Assembly (NCBI GenBank): GCA_050331235.1
Contig: JBHJHA010000023.1
Coordinates: forward strand, 1-40,994
Length of the DNA stretch: 40,994 nucleotides
Source of the DNA: Leptolyngbyaceae cyanobacterium
Lineage (GTDB): Bacteria > Cyanobacteriota > Cyanobacteriia > Phormidesmidales > Phormidesmidaceae
Reading direction: 5' to 3'
The notes beneath the pieces are model-generated. The model was not told the origin of the DNA. It worked only from the letters and a program-made list of their open reading frames with translations, and searched no databases. Both the position numbers and the translations under genes were made by a program. Positions 39,376 to 40,994 of this stretch are shown here, piece by piece (the stretch's first letter is position 1; every line of letters begins with the position of its first letter).

Positions 39376-40467
39376 ATGTCCGTTTTGGCCGCGATCGCCG
39401 TTATTGCTCTGTTGGTTTTTGTTCATGAGTCTGGACACTTTCTAGCCGCCCGCTGGCAAGGCATTCATGTCAACCGTTTTTCCCTTGGGTTTGGGCCAGT
39501 GTTATGGAAATATCAAGGGCCAGAAACAGAATATGCAGTCAGAGCCATCCCCCTCGGTGGCTTCGTCGGCTTCCCCGATGACGATCCTGATAGTGACATT
39601 CCGCCTCAAGATCCTAACCTGCTCAAAAACCGACCGATTTTGGATCGGGCAATCGTGATCAGCGCCGGCGTCATTGCTAATTTGCTGTTTGCTTATCTAG
39701 TCTTTGTTGCTCAGTTTGCCTCGGTGGGAGTGCCACAAGCGTTTGAACCCGCACCCGGAATCCTGATTCCCCAGGTGGTTTCTGAGTCATCCCCTGCGGC
39801 CCAGGCTGGGATCCAATCCGGTGACGTCATTTTGTCGGCTAACGGCACTGATTTTGGCACCGAAGAATCCTCAGTACAGTCATTTGTAGCCATTATTCAA
39901 GACAATCCTAACCAGCCCATTGACTTGACCATCCAGCGTAATGACGCGGTCATTGACTTGGCGGTAACCCCAGAAGTGAGTTCCAACAATAATGCAGTGA
40001 TTGGTGTGCAGTTACAGCGCAACGGTGAATTTGAATATCGCCGTGCCAATGGCGTGCTGGAAGTGTTTACTTTGGCTGCGCAAGAGTTTCAAGGCATGTT
40101 TTTGCAAACCGTTCAGGGTTTCGCCATGCTGATTACCAATTTCTCTCAGATGGCTGGACAAGTTGCGGGTCCTGTCAAAATTGTAGAGCAGGGGGCCGGT
40201 TTAGCAGCTTCCAATGCGGCAACACTGTTTCCTTTCACCGCCATCATCAGCATTAACCTAGCGATTATCAATATCTTGCCTTTACCCGCGTTAGACGGTG
40301 GGCAGTTAGCCTTCTTGCTCGTGGTGGCGCTGCGCGGTAAGCCCTTACCAGAACGGATTCAGGAAAAAGTGATGCAGACGGGATTAGTTTTGCTTCTGGG
40401 CTTGGGGGTTTTCCTCATTGTGCGGGATACCTCTCAATTAGAAATTTTTCAGAATTTACTGCAGTGA
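39376..40467 (+). CDS. rseP: RIP metalloprotease RseP (site-2 protease with PDZ domain)
   Basis: HESGH zinc motif, AIPLGGFV, a PDZ domain and NILPLPALDGG. Confidence 0.95.
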   Translation: MSVLAAIAVIALLVFVHESGHFLAARWQGIHVNRFSLGFGPVLWKYQGPETEYAVRAIPLGGFVGFPDDDPDSDIPPQDPNLLKNRPILDRAIVISAGVIANLLFAYLVFVAQFASVGVPQAFEPAPGILIPQVVSESSPAAQAGIQSGDVILSANGTDFGTEESSVQSFVAIIQDNPNQPIDLTIQRNDAVIDLAVTPEVSSNNNAVIGVQLQRNGEFEYRRANGVLEVFTLAAQEFQGMFLQTVQGFAMLITNFSQMAGQVAGPVKIVEQGAGLAASNAATLFPFTAIISINLAIINILPLPALDGGQLAFLLVVALRGKPLPERIQEKVMQTGLVLLLGLGVFLIVRDTSQLEIFQNLLQ

Positions 40468-40994
40468 GTCCTCGTCAAAAACTGTTACCAAAAAAGCAAC
40501 GGGCCCTGGAAGCGCTGTCTCGCCTAAAGCGACTCTATCCAGATGCCACCTGCTCACTGAATTATGAAACGCCAGTACAGCTTTTGATCGCGACCATCTT
40601 ATCTGCTCAGTGCACCGATGAACGGGTAAATATGGTGACTCCAGCGCTGTTTGCCCGCTTTCCCGATGCTCAGGCAATGGCGGAGGCAGACTTAACTGAA
40701 ATTGAGCAGCTAGTCAAGTCCACGGGGTTTTACCGGAATAAGGCAAAGAACATCCAAGGGGCCTGTCGCAAAATTGTGACTGACTTTGGAGGTGAGGTAC
40801 CGCGAACCATGGCAGAGCTAACGAGTTTACCGGGGGCAGCACGCAAAACAGCAAATGTAGTATTGGCCCACGCCATTGGCATCAACGCTGGTGTCACTGT
40901 AGATACCCACGTCAAGCGACTAAACAAGCTGTTGGGGCTAACCAAACAAACCGCCCCCAATAAGGATGAGCAAGAATTGATGAAGCTGATTCCC
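40464..40994 (+). CDS. nth: Endonuclease III (partial, runs off the window)
   Basis: Not in the ORF track. The GTG overlaps the rseP TGA. Translation includes LLIATILSAQCTDERVN, STGFYRNKAKNI, HhH LPGAARKTANVV and VDTHVKR. Confidence 0.95.
   Translation, partial: MSPRQKLLPKKQRALEALSRLKRLYPDATCSLNYETPVQLLIATILSAQCTDERVNMVTPALFARFPDAQAMAEADLTEIEQLVKSTGFYRNKAKNIQGACRKIVTDFGGEVPRTMAELTSLPGAARKTANVVLAHAIGINAGVTVDTHVKRLNKLLGLTKQTAPNKDEQELMKLIP

Overview
This 41-kb window comes from a filamentous cyanobacterium. The evidence is dense HIP1 octamers (GCGATCGC), psbI and the septal-junction genes fraC, fraD and sepJ. A non-heterocystous, Leptolyngbyaceae-like lineage is my inference only. Most of the window is core chromosome: moaE, pyrB, tandem-domain cobO, sdhC, a GH38 alpha-mannosidase, psbI with a DUF3769/LptD-like gene, an N-II-type amino-acid ABC transporter (natG, natH, bgtA-like), cobS, tgt, serS, rseP and nth. 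The left end holds an envelope-stress/export module: a HisKA_3 sensor kinase divergent from an operon of LTXXQ/Spy protein, MacA-like adaptor, unknown secreted protein, MacB-like permease and ATPase, with repeated GAC-N4-GTC-like boxes between them. Features missed by the ORF track are the partial kinase (1-971), psbI (19877-19993), partial nth (40464-end) and a decayed IS5-family element filling the gap after sepJ. The main oddities are an in-frame TAA splitting mutL at a conserved Lys, a CAAX/CPBP domain lacking catalytic residues, an orphan sdhC, fraCD without fraE, and an NtcA-like promoter before natG. I saw no rRNA, tRNA or CRISPR array. No system here is demonstrably novel; the kinase/Spy/MacAB locus with its uncharacterised secreted protein is the best candidate.
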